A stretch of DNA of 64,000 nucleotides from Nemertoderma westbladi (Eukaryota; Animalia; Xenacoelomorpha). The DNA lies in the NCBI GenBank assembly GCA_032718475.1, contig JAUCBJ010008884.1, positions 32,670 through 96,669 on the forward strand, read 5' to 3'. Positions 14,001 to 22,721 of this stretch are shown in pieces (positions within the stretch are counted from its first letter, which is position 1; each line of letters starts with the position of its first letter). A program made the translations under genes and the position numbers. The notes beneath the pieces are model-generated. The model did not search any database and was not told where the DNA came from. It saw nothing but the letters and a program-made list of their open reading frames with translations.

Positions 14001-15521
14001 AACAGTCTCCTGCATCTGTCCGAGCAGGAGATCCATCCCCCGTCGTCTCTCGTCCACCCATTCGACCGCCGAAGCGGGAGTCGCCAACGTTGTAGCGGGC
14101 GGACGAGGGACAACGGGCGACAAATCATGAATATTTCGCTCGGGGTCCAGGACCTGAACTGTCTCCTGGGCAGTTCTACGGGGCACAGGTAGCTTAGTGC
14201 TATGCAGAGGGAATTTAGAGGTAGTTTCAGGGAGCACAGGTGTGTCTATCACCGAAGGGGTGATTTCAAGAACAGGCCTAATTATTTCAGGCTCATCTAC
14301 TATAGTAGGGAGTCTTTCTATTTTAATTGTTTGGTCTGTGGGTTCTGTACTACCTAAGTTGGTGTTATTTAGTTGCCTTCTAACAGCTGGAGGCAAATCA
14401 GGCAATTTCTGACGGTGGAATGTTCTTTTACGTCTGCTTAGACGAGATCTATTTCCTTTGCCTTCAGTATCGGTGGTATCGCCTTCCTCAGATGATGTAT
14501 ATCCCTGTCTTTTGGGAGTAGATCGATTCATCATCTGCATATTACTAGCTGTTAACTGTTTATTTATGCAGTCTTGATTCTCCTGAATGTTTTCCAATTC
14601 TAATTGGGTGATTTCTTCCGCCGCTCTACGTTCTGCTTCTGCCACTGCCATTTCCGCCTTTCTTTTCATTTCGGCTGCTTTTCTTTTCGCTTCTGCCTCT
14701 GCCGCTGTCGCTGCCGCTTTTGCCTCTGCCGCTGCCGCCTTTGCTTCTGCTGCTGTCGCTGCCGCTTTTCTTTCCATCTCGGCTGCTTTACTTTCCTCTT
14801 CGGCTGCTTTCCTTTCCGCTTCGGCAGCTGCTACTGCTGCTTTCTTTCTGTCTTCTATACGTTTTTTCTTTACTTGTTCTTCTTGGACTCGTGTCAGGCG
14901 GAGTTGTTCATCAAATTTAGCCTGATTCGCAGCCCTCATATCCACATCGATGGCATCCAACACAAGCTTGGTTCCTTCACTATTAGGGCTAAGTCCCTCT
15001 AACCTTCTCCTCAACTCGTCATCACCTAAAAAACGTTGATAGTCTGACAGATAGATGTCAATGGCATCCCTCTTATGCGGTTTCTCTGCTGTCACTTCGC
15101 TTTCTTCTTGAGAAGAAGTGGCGTCGGTTGATTCTTCATAGGTTGGCCGCTCATCATAAACCTTATCCACCATCTTCACTCCGCGTTCGGGCGTCCGCTC
15201 ATCAGTATCCGAACTACTGGAGCTATCGGGCCGCTGAAAACTAGGTTCTTGGCTAGGATGTTGCTGCTGTTTGACAGCTGCTTCTTGATCCCGCTTGACT
15301 TGGGTCCGAGTGCCGATGATAGACCTACGATGTTGGACTAGCCTAGGATCTGACACTACTTCTGTAGGGATGGCCTTTCTCACAGCAGGAGGTGACTTAG
15401 ACTTGGATCTAGGATGTTCTCTACTTGGATCTGGGTCACTGATCTTTTTAAGACACTGTCTAACAGTCATTCTAACACTATCTAGGAGACTATCCGACAG
15501 TGATTGGGTTGTGTCAGACAT
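11028..15521 (-). CDS. gag: BEL/Pao Gag-protease polyprotein (1497 aa) ending in RNase H and integrase remnants; no RT
   Basis: Ala/Glu/Lys coiled-coil; DUF1759-like capsid (KFNGGEMKWLPF...EKLRFLIECLEG); three Cys/His knuckles (CVLCDGPH, CYNCLRRGH, CAKCGAKHHILLH); protease ALLDSGS...ILIGQN...RTRVGWYLTGP; then the Pao RNase H C-terminal motif QWRYCPKKFNPTDIASRG and YSSWNRLCKAV. Confidence 0.92.
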   Translation of the reverse strand: MSDTTQSLSDSLLDSVRMTVRQCLKKISDPDPSREHPRSKSKSPPAVRKAIPTEVVSDPRLVQHRRSIIGTRTQVKRDQEAAVKQQQHPSQEPSFQRPDSSSSSDTDERTPERGVKMVDKVYDERPTYEESTDATSSQEESEVTAEKPHKRDAIDIYLSDYQRFLGDDELRRRLEGLSPNSEGTKLVLDAIDVDMRAANQAKFDEQLRLTRVQEEQVKKKRIEDRKKAAVAAAEAERKAAEEESKAAEMERKAAATAAEAKAAAAEAKAAATAAEAEAKRKAAEMKRKAEMAVAEAERRAAEEITQLELENIQENQDCINKQLTASNMQMMNRSTPKRQGYTSSEEGDTTDTEGKGNRSRLSRRKRTFHRQKLPDLPPAVRRQLNNTNLGSTEPTDQTIKIERLPTIVDEPEIIRPVLEITPSVIDTPVLPETTSKFPLHSTKLPVPRRTAQETVQVLDPERNIHDLSPVVPRPPATTLATPASAVEWVDERRRGMDLLLGQMQETVQQFKGTVRESRLELQEVQQSIALERDKLVNTQKGIPPPSVTMCQPVRSEVSHAQGVEPTRIYTASEVETPIVNPIKGNYRPVDNDIPYRTDHNPRNLYTDNSILNNTMAQESFTRQMARTEARQAVKVGEIVKFNGGEMKWLPFNEYYKDNIQNSVLSNGEKLRFLIECLEGSPKLMALRFIGHPDGLRQVWDTLNIRYGNRNNIAGYLYAKLVAPRKFISSGIIEFSDEIQEICRQLDWLGKSHEYQSAMVIRAVASTLPKGGVGTRWDKKVLYMMEQQQRDPTMADLMSFLDSEVKLQLIKQSREKTEESKVSEKPVSRRRVTPVCYTDDGESQTSQGEDSGKDTERSYYVNKTPKDQVSKFKSRTNDRREQVRKTPPTSPKRIQVRKPEERTNVHHIAQVKVSNIKPKCVLCDGPHRLNACDKFLRKSLKDRHEVMWDKRLCYNCLRRGHQRRTCYSDARCAKCGAKHHILLHTEFERNSPSQVSESKLHVQFSDVNDTDQSEMEGFYTDEFTDQNESCYLINTTAVYRALVHEKDPDSDLTLTTSDQQPSWKAPTSNIGIQEFSVVQIRVHGPQKSYIVNALLDSGSTGTFIDKELAEDLFAGQPKFRTKLSMSGIMQVWKSAVAADYYIGELSTPQDKLGEHSIRSVKMVAIKNFATTQVEPYNWDEDDHAQQLNIPRFDTDYPGVQILIGQNAHEALETLEKRPAQPQPLQTYAVRTRVGWYLTGPSRRTLRERLLQDRVCQVSEWEDDTSEGDDPTEGTPYSSDNDDISSNVDQWRYCPKKFNPTDIASRGATPQELTDTTDRLGEPDFLSKEDEWPPHLTPTEIRPAKGAEKVKPKTRTGGAELFEPGIDLSVLHIARDDAVDLDLPTASGSFMKIRESDWSSGTSDVSQGLSPLLQGATDHYSSWNRLCKAVVYLERCFYRHYSRTKRKSGIVFGMQRLNHPVGRLCLPEGNGGLSGNCGRQDSLPTTTSLILQTSRDSIT

Positions 15522-15631
15522 GTTTGATGGTACAGTTGAATGCCTACTGCTATATTACAGTTAAAGCAAGTCTAGTAATTCAGTATCACTGTTAGCCTAG
15601 TAATTAATTACCGATACTGCTACTCAGTGTA

Positions 15632-16182
15632 TGTGACGGGATCCGAGAGGATCCCGGTTTATCCGGTGTGTTTCGTACGCGTCCCCGCCCCGCCGTGTGA
15701 ATGGAAAAGGTAATAATTGTTCTAGTGTCGTTGTCGAACTCTGATAACGTTGAGATAATAAATGATGAGTGATACAGATAGCACAGTAGATAAAGCTAAT
15801 ATACCGGTAATATGGTGACGGTGGCGACGACGGTCTTAACAGTCACCGTACTGCCTTACTGTACTGGGATAGCTGACTGAGTAAACTGAATGATATGATT
15901 ACAGGTTACTGGTTATATTGCACGGTGGCCTTATTGCTACTCAATCGATGCCATTCCCCCCTCTGATTGGTTAATACCCTTGTTGGCGCCCCGTGGAGTA
16001 TTCCCGTTCACTCCACCTGTTCTCCTTGGGTTAGGGGTTTGGCCCCTGACCTTCTATTGTGTGCTTCCTTCCCACTCTTATTGGGATGGCACGAGTTGGT
16101 TAATTGCCCAATCTCGTGGCTCCCAATATTGCTTATCGGCTAATAACTTTATGGGGTGTTGGCGGGATTGAATAAGCTAACA
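15632..16182 (-). repeat. 3' LTR of element B (551 bp)
   Basis: Direct repeat of 22722-23272 with one difference seen (ATCTCGTGG vs ATCTTGTGG). Confidence 0.96.
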
Positions 16183-16191
16183 CTCCCCCCC
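16183..16191 (-). other. Polypurine tract of element B (GGGGGGGAG)
   Basis: Abuts the TG start of the 3' LTR on the minus strand. Confidence 0.85.
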
Positions 16192-16781
16192 ATGCTATCT
16201 TCCCGGTAAGAAGATAGCATCAACCAAAAAGTGCGTTACAATCCCGCTGGATCCCGATCTAGCATCGGGTGTGGGGTGGAAATCTTTTCTCTCGGAGTCG
16301 GCTTTCCAGGCCGCTCCCTCTGGGTATGATGTCACTACCCTCTGGCGTCTCGTGTCGGGCCGATCGTGCGCTTCTCTCACACAATTTTTGTTTCCCCAAC
16401 ACTCTCGCCACTCTAACTTCGCTCTCTAACTCAACTCGCTCTCTCCCCACTCTTACACTCTCCCCACACCTGAATCGCACTCTAACTTCTCGCCAACAGC
16501 TCTTCTCACTATCTCCTCTCTACTCTCTGCCACTCCCTAAGGCCCTAATCTCCAATGCTACCCCTGTGCTATCATACTATCTACCTTATCTAACTTACTA
16601 ACACTAACTATCTAACTCTACTAACTACTAACTCTGCTCTCTGCTAACTCTTACTACTTTTAGCTCTAACTAAAAGCCTCTAACTTTCTACTAACTCTAA
16701 CTAGAACTCTCTAACTCTACTACTAACTCTACTAACTCTTTTCTAACTCTGACTAAAATCCTCCAACTAACTCTATCTCTA

Positions 16782-17400
16782 TCTACGTGGCGCTAACGGT
16801 GCCCACAACCACAACCGGTACTACGTACCCTCTTACTAACTCTACCTCCATCTACGTGGCGCTAACGGTGCCCACAACCACAACCGGTACTATGTACCCT
16901 CTTACTAACTCTACCTCCATCTACGTGGCGCTAACGGTGCCCACAACCACAACTGGTACTACGTACCCTCCTACTAACTCTACCTCCATCTACGTGGCGC
17001 TAACGGTGCCCACAACCACTCTACTATCTACCCTCTACTACTCTACTACCTGGCACCCTATGTGCCCTCTCTACTACCTCTAACACTCTAACTCTACTAC
17101 TAACTCTAACTATACTTAGTCTACCCCTTTCTACTCTCTACGTGGCGCTTGCGGTGCCCACAACCACTCTTTCACCACCTCTATCTACGTGGCGCTTGCG
17201 GTGCCCACAACCTATCTCTGCTACTACTTTCTACGTGGCGCTTCCGGTGCCCACAACCCCTCTCTTACTACTTTCTACGTGGCGCTAACGGTGCCCACAA
17301 CCTCTCTCTTACCACTACTTTCTACGTGGCGCTTCCGGTGCCCACGACCCCCCTACTACTACTCCTTTCTACGTGGCGCTTACGGTGCCCACAACCCCAC
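16782..17400. repeat. Ten copies of CTACGTGGCGCT(AAC/TGC/TCC/TAC)GGTGCCCAC in the 3' UTR of element B
   Basis: Four copies at 69-bp period (16787, 16856, 16925, 16994) and six at about 44-47 bp (17142, 17189, 17235, 17279, 17326, 17373). Confidence 0.9.
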
Positions 17401-17628
17401 TACTACTACTCGTGGCATGACAATATGCCACTCTCCCTTACCCCGCCGCCTTCTAACCTACTCTCCTTCTACCTAACTTCTAACTGCTACTTCTTACTAT
17501 CCTCTACTAATTATTATTTAATTATTTTTATTATTTGTTTTTTAATTAAATAATTATTTTCTTGTGGGAAGGGCGTCTCGCCCACATTCCCACCCCCCTC
17601 AGTCCAAAATATTGGACGACTAAACCTC

Positions 17629-18093
17629 TTAACTAGGGCGATTCTTCCAACAGGCACTCTCCCACTGCTGATCTTGTAGGTCCTGTAGGATTCGCCGCAC
17701 TCTCTTTGCCAATTCCATCTCACCAGGAATTGGTTCTCCCTCTTCTGCCACCCTGAAATCGGGTCTCTCCGCCGCCTTCTTAACTATCTCGCCCTCTGGC
17801 GTCAAAATGCCACCTCCCTCCTTGTTGTCTCCCGCCGGCAGAATGAATAGAAAGTGAAAGAACAGGCAAAACAGAAGGTAGAATAATAGTCCTATCCCTT
17901 TCCATCCTGCCTTCCTTCTCGACTTCCCCCTTGTCGGTATGCCTCCAAACCGGACCTGCGTCTCTTCCGGACACTCCTCTGGACACTCCCCCGGAGTGTT
18001 GTCCTCCGGACACCTCGCCGTCCGCTCCGCTCCATCTCCATACCGATGCTTGCTGGGAAACCTACTCTCCTCTGCCCACTTTCTTACTGTCAC
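17629..18093 (-). CDS. Possible small ORF (154 aa) downstream of element B gag-pro, with one hydrophobic segment
   Basis: ORF track. Begins 5 nt after the gag-pro stop in another frame with a GTG start; contains GIGLLFYLLFCLFFHFLFILP. Coding status uncertain. Confidence 0.25.
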   Translation of the reverse strand: MTVRKWAEESRFPSKHRYGDGAERTARCPEDNTPGECPEECPEETQVRFGGIPTRGKSRRKAGWKGIGLLFYLLFCLFFHFLFILPAGDNKEGGGILTPEGEIVKKAAERPDFRVAEEGEPIPGEMELAKRVRRILQDLQDQQWESACWKNRPS

Positions 18094-18097
18094 CTCC

Positions 18098-21088
18098 CTA
18101 TCTGGATCTACTATCTCCTGTTTCTCCTCTTCGTTCCTCTGCGCCTGCGGTGCCTGGTAACATGCACCCTGATGTCTCTGTCACACTGCATGGGATCTTA
18201 GTTTTAACTGGGCCGCTAAGCATCCATCCGAACGGCGTGAGGATCGCCGTCGGGTCCCGCTGCCTGTCTTCGCCGAAGACCGTCTTCGTTCTCTCGTGGG
18301 CCGTCGGGCAGTCCATCCCTACTATAATGGACACCTTCCTAACGTCCACCTTTGGTATTGAGAAATCGATACCGTCCAGGAATCTATATTGTTCGACCTC
18401 AATGTTGGTTGGTCGCCTGGCGTTGATGTTTATCGATTCTATGACGTGGATGGGGTCGATCGTCGCCCCATAGTCGTATCCCGGTGCAATCGCTGCTATC
18501 CTGCACCGCCCCGCCCTCGTCTCCAGGACCTCATCTTTACTCGAGACGGTAGTCACCGCCATTCTATTCGGCCTTGTCTTTAGCCCTATCTCTTCGGCCA
18601 CCCAGTTCTCCACCAGCGTGAAGGCTGCTCCGCTGTCGACCAGCATTAATGTCGTTACTGATCGACCGCCCTCTCCTGATATCTTTACTGGTACTACCCC
18701 GAGTAGTACTTTTCTCTTCTTCTCCTCTTCTGTCGTGCTTGTGGCCATTGCCTGGCCTCCAGTCTCGGACTCTCTAACTGCTGTTTCTCTACACTCTCCG
18801 GATCTGTGTCCTTCTACCACACATCGATGACATAGTCCGTTCGCGTCTGTGTAGGCTATACGATCTTGTTTGGGCAACGCTTGCCAGTGCTTACAACTCC
18901 TGGTCTTATGTGTTCCATCCCGATGTAATTGACATTCGAATCCTGGATCATAGCGTTCCCTGTATAGTCCCTCACGTATCGCGCCTAGGTTTATATGTAC
19001 CGATTTAGTGTTTTGGTTGTCTGTATTCGGCCTACTGGGTACATTGGGATTATGTTTATTTATGGTGTTATTTTCTTTCTGTCCCCGCCACGGTGTGGCC
19101 CTACTACCAGCTAACTGTGGACTAGCAGTCCCCTGTGTGGCCGCATGTGGTAGTGATTGTCCTACTCTCGGGAGTGGATCTGCAGGATCGTGTTCGGGTT
19201 TATGGCTTGTCCCCAAACTATCCTCGCTATAGACTGGGTCTGTTATTAATTCGGCTTCATAGTTGAGGAAGCTCGACATCTCTTCTAAGCCCGGTTCCGC
19301 ACCCTTCTTCTCCCGTGTGGAGAAGGCTATCTTCCTCCACTTCCTTCGTAACCAGATCGGCAGTGCCTGCGCTATCGTGGTGATGTTGTTAGACGCGTTG
19401 AGTTCGTATGGTGCGTCTAGCGTCTTTAACACGATTAACGCCTTCTCGACCTTGTTTGCAAAGGTCCTTATGCTAACGGGATTGTCCTGTAGGCCATCCG
19501 ATGTTATGCCTCTCAGGGTTTGCCGGATGATCTTGGCCGGGTGCCCGTATTCCCTATCTAGCGCCCGCCATGCTGTCGTGAAGCCGCCCTCGATGCCCTG
19601 GTATTGCCTCACGATGTCGTATGCTGGGCCTCCTGTATATACTTGCAGATATTTTAGGCACTCCGCCTGCGTCAAGTTCTTACTTAATATTTCGTTACTA
19701 TACATGCGCCGAAACTGTAGATATTCTTCCGGCCTACTCCCATCGAATTTAAATGGTTCCACAGGTGGTAACTCGATCCTAGTTTTTAACGCATCGATCA
19801 ATGTGGCCATTCCCATCGCTTGCGCTTCTAATGGGTTCGATGGATGTTGTATAGTTTCTCCTGCTGGGTACGGTCCGTCCGTCCTATTTGTTGTTGACTT
19901 TATTTGTTGCGTCGGATATATCATTGGGGGTAACGGCCCCCTCCATATTTCCGTGTCGCACGATCTGTTCTCGTCCAAGGGGTTCGATGTTCTCGCTCCT
20001 ATTGGGGTATATTGTTGATATTGTGATGGGGGAATGTCACCCTGTCCCCCCCCCACCGGTATGTTTGGTACTGGGGTTGATGTTAATATATTGGGGCCCA
20101 TACATCTATCTACAATAACTCTCCCCTCCCCTGGATATATGTTATGTCCCTGTGTATTATAGTCATGCTGCTGTACCGATATAGGCCTACCTACCTCTCG
20201 CCTACCTACCGGTATGTACTCCGCGACTTCCGGGTTTAATCCCGTCGTTCGCGCTACCCTATCGCCTACTCTATCTCTCCCAGCATGGCCTATAATAGTA
20301 TGTGCAGTAAGGCCTACAGTATGTCCTGCAGTCTGCATGTGCCCTTCCGAACCGAAGTTTATTCTTCGCGAATCTCGAATCTCCCCGCGACTACCGTACT
20401 CTCGATCGGCAGCTATATCACGTCGGGAAGTTTCCCTTCGATCCCCTATCCTGCTCTCGTCTTCATATCGGTACGTCCTGTACCCCTCTCTTAGCGTGCG
20501 GTGCGTTTCTCCGGGGCGACGGCAATCTCCCGAAGTTCGACCCCACTGACTCCCTAACTCCATCTCTACTATCGACGGCTCGCTATCCGTCCTCGCTCTC
20601 CGGTTGCTCCTAGCAACGACTCTTCTATTATCTTCACTTCTTCTTTCTTCGACCTCTCGGCTAAACTCTACTAATCTTCTTCTATCTTCGACCTCTCTAT
20701 TAAACTCTACTAATCTTCTCTCTTCTGACTGGGCTCGACGTTCCGTCGCCCGCCCTCTCGCGACGTCAACCTGTCTCTCTCTGCTCGATCGCACGCCGCT
20801 GGGGATACTCGCAATCCCCCTATTACTCTCCGTCGCCGGGTGTTGCGGTTTACCTAATTCGGCCCGCGCATTATCCGCCGACGCCTGTGGGACACTCCCT
20901 GCCCCCCCTCTCTCGCTACTAATCTCTCGCGGTAGGGTGCCCGTAGCCCCCCCCCACCCGCTACTTCTAACTTCACTATCTCTTACTACACTTCTGCGTC
21001 CCTCTTGTGGGGCATTCTCTGCCCCCCCTCTCTCGCCACTAATCTTCTGTGGTGGGGCGCCCGTAGCCCCCCCCCCCACCCGCCACAT
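18098..21088 (-). CDS. gag: Element B Gag-protease, C-terminal part
   Basis: DUF1759-like ELPPVEPFKFDGSRPEEYLQF...LKYLQVYTGGPA; knuckles CQLHRDGTHKTRSC and CHRCVVEGHRSGEC; protease LVDSGAAFTLV...IIVGMD...TPFGWMLSGP; stops before any RT. Confidence 0.9.
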   Translation of the reverse strand: MWRVGGGATGAPPQKISGERGGAENAPQEGRRSVVRDSEVRSSGWGGATGTLPREISSERGGAGSVPQASADNARAELGKPQHPATESNRGIASIPSGVRSSRERQVDVARGRATERRAQSEERRLVEFNREVEDRRRLVEFSREVEERRSEDNRRVVARSNRRARTDSEPSIVEMELGSQWGRTSGDCRRPGETHRTLREGYRTYRYEDESRIGDRRETSRRDIAADREYGSRGEIRDSRRINFGSEGHMQTAGHTVGLTAHTIIGHAGRDRVGDRVARTTGLNPEVAEYIPVGRREVGRPISVQQHDYNTQGHNIYPGEGRVIVDRCMGPNILTSTPVPNIPVGGGQGDIPPSQYQQYTPIGARTSNPLDENRSCDTEIWRGPLPPMIYPTQQIKSTTNRTDGPYPAGETIQHPSNPLEAQAMGMATLIDALKTRIELPPVEPFKFDGSRPEEYLQFRRMYSNEILSKNLTQAECLKYLQVYTGGPAYDIVRQYQGIEGGFTTAWRALDREYGHPAKIIRQTLRGITSDGLQDNPVSIRTFANKVEKALIVLKTLDAPYELNASNNITTIAQALPIWLRRKWRKIAFSTREKKGAEPGLEEMSSFLNYEAELITDPVYSEDSLGTSHKPEHDPADPLPRVGQSLPHAATQGTASPQLAGSRATPWRGQKENNTINKHNPNVPSRPNTDNQNTKSVHINLGAIREGLYRERYDPGFECQLHRDGTHKTRSCKHWQALPKQDRIAYTDANGLCHRCVVEGHRSGECRETAVRESETGGQAMATSTTEEEKKRKVLLGVVPVKISGEGGRSVTTLMLVDSGAAFTLVENWVAEEIGLKTRPNRMAVTTVSSKDEVLETRAGRCRIAAIAPGYDYGATIDPIHVIESININARRPTNIEVEQYRFLDGIDFSIPKVDVRKVSIIVGMDCPTAHERTKTVFGEDRQRDPTAILTPFGWMLSGPVKTKIPCSVTETSGCMLPGTAGAEERRGETGDSRSR

Positions 21089-22626
21089 CTAACTTCAATA
21101 TCTCTTACTTCGTCTCTACACCCCTCTCTAGTCGACACACTGTCTCTACTGCGGCCGGGTCTATTCACCCCCGCCTCTCTCTCTACTACTGCGTGGCCTA
21201 CCAGGCCCACCTCGGGTTGGCTCAACCCCGCTACCTCCTGCCTACCAACTACGTGGCCTACCAGGCCGCCGTCGGGTTGGCGCAACCCCGCCACTTCCTG
21301 CCTACTAACTACGTGGCCTACCAGGCCGCCGTCTGCCGGGCTATACACGTCTGACACGTTCATATTAATAGCACCATTCCCAATATTATTTGTTAAATCA
21401 ATTGAATTATTAGAATTTGAAACGGAATTATTTAAATTATTTAAATTAGAGTTGTTATTATTTTCAAAATTTAAATTGCTATTCGAATTATTTGAATTAT
21501 TTTGATAATTCTGAACATTTGAATTAATATTATTATTTGAATTTAAACTTAAATTACTACTACCGGGTAAAATATTTCCTGTAATAAAGGGATTAGGGTT
21601 ATTTACTACGGTACTATTAATACCAATATTTCCTAACGCACTACTACTACCCCCCTCACCCGTACGATTGCTGTACGTACTGTACGTGTACCGCACGCTC
21701 TGTTCTCTTGCCTCACGCTCTTCGCGTTCACTCTCTCGCTCCTTCCTTCCCCTCAGTCGCCACTCTAATTCTTCAATTTTTAATTTATATGCAGCCAGAT
21801 TTATCTCCTGCACCCTTCTTTCTTTTGCGGAGGATGTAGCAGACTTATCGGTTGCGACGGACTCCCGCCGCCCCTCCGTCCTACCAACTTTCCCCCGCTT
21901 TCCGGGGTCCTCGCTGACCGACGAGACCGAATCCTCGGAGCTAACCTCGGATTCGCCCTCGTGCGGTCCCGCCCAACCCACTAACTTAACTTCCCTGGCA
22001 TCGACTAAGTATGGCCCTATGTACACTACACCAGGCCCCATACCCCTACGTTCCCATAGCCCAAACAGTTCGATGGCAACCCCTCTCGCTCTCTCGCTGG
22101 CTAGTTCTCCCTGCCCAGAACGCACTAGGTAATCAAAGTATCTGTTCGACTCACCTAGTCGTCTCCTCAACTTCACCTGGTCTATCTCAGCCCCTCCTCT
22201 AGCTTCCTTCAGTTGTTCCCGGGTCGCGGCGTAGGCTCGTCGAAGTCGATCAGAAACCCCGACATCCTCGTCGCCGACCTCTCCTCTCTCCCTCCGGGTT
22301 CGGCGTCGTACCGTCGGCTCCACCGTTGCCGTTCCGGTGGGCCGTTCGTCGCCCTCGGTCTGTGGCTGACCGGCGACATCGGCATATCGACCGCCGCCCT
22401 GTGTCGACTCGTCTCTCTCCTCCCCCGTCTCGCTCTCTCCTCTACTCGACTCGCTCTCTCGCTGTAGACGACCCCCCACATCTTGGTTCGCCGGGTTGCT
22501 CGTTATCGACGTGGTCGACGTAGCATCGACCGGCGTCGTGGGTCCGTATCGTCTCGCCGTGGCCTCGCGGATCGTTAGATCGTCGTCCGGGGTCCGCGGC
22601 GGTGTCGTTCCTCTCTCTCGACTCAT
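20986..22626 (-). CDS. gag: Element B Gag, N-terminal part (joins the next ORF if a G11 homopolymer at 21067-21077 is corrected)
   Basis: First long ORF after the 5' LTR; low-complexity with an Asn-rich tract and 20-aa repeats. The frame switch lies in a G run that is 9 nt long in the sister repeat at 20947-20955. Confidence 0.8.
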   Translation of the reverse strand: MSRERGTTPPRTPDDDLTIREATARRYGPTTPVDATSTTSITSNPANQDVGGRLQRESESSRGESETGEERDESTQGGGRYADVAGQPQTEGDERPTGTATVEPTVRRRTRRERGEVGDEDVGVSDRLRRAYAATREQLKEARGGAEIDQVKLRRRLGESNRYFDYLVRSGQGELASERARGVAIELFGLWERRGMGPGVVYIGPYLVDAREVKLVGWAGPHEGESEVSSEDSVSSVSEDPGKRGKVGRTEGRRESVATDKSATSSAKERRVQEINLAAYKLKIEELEWRLRGRKERESEREEREAREQSVRYTYSTYSNRTGEGGSSSALGNIGINSTVVNNPNPFITGNILPGSSNLSLNSNNNINSNVQNYQNNSNNSNSNLNFENNNNSNLNNLNNSVSNSNNSIDLTNNIGNGAINMNVSDVYSPADGGLVGHVVSRQEVAGLRQPDGGLVGHVVGRQEVAGLSQPEVGLVGHAVVEREAGVNRPGRSRDSVSTREGCRDEVRDIEVRCGGWGGGLRAPHHRRLVAREGGQRMPHKRDAEV

Positions 22627-22712
22627 CTTCGTCTTTGGTAGCCGTCAGTCACAGCTCGGCAGGCCTAGTGTTAAGACTGTGACGGGCAGTTACAGTTCAG
22701 GCAATTCTCAGA

Positions 22713-22721
22713 TGTTAAGAC
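22713..22721 (-). other. Non-canonical primer-binding site of element B (GTCTTAACA), complementary to its own LTR segment 22923-22931
   Basis: Directly follows the 5' LTR; lacks TGG; exact 9-nt reverse complement lies inside the LTR. Confidence 0.7.

Noticed and set aside
16560-16780. CTAACTCT-rich tract resembling telomeric repeats
   Set aside because: Irregular low-complexity sequence internal to element B; not a regular telomere array.
16782-17400. CRISPR-like look of conserved repeats with variable spacers
   Set aside because: The spacers are related low-complexity sequence, there are no cas genes, and the array lies in a eukaryotic retroelement UTR.
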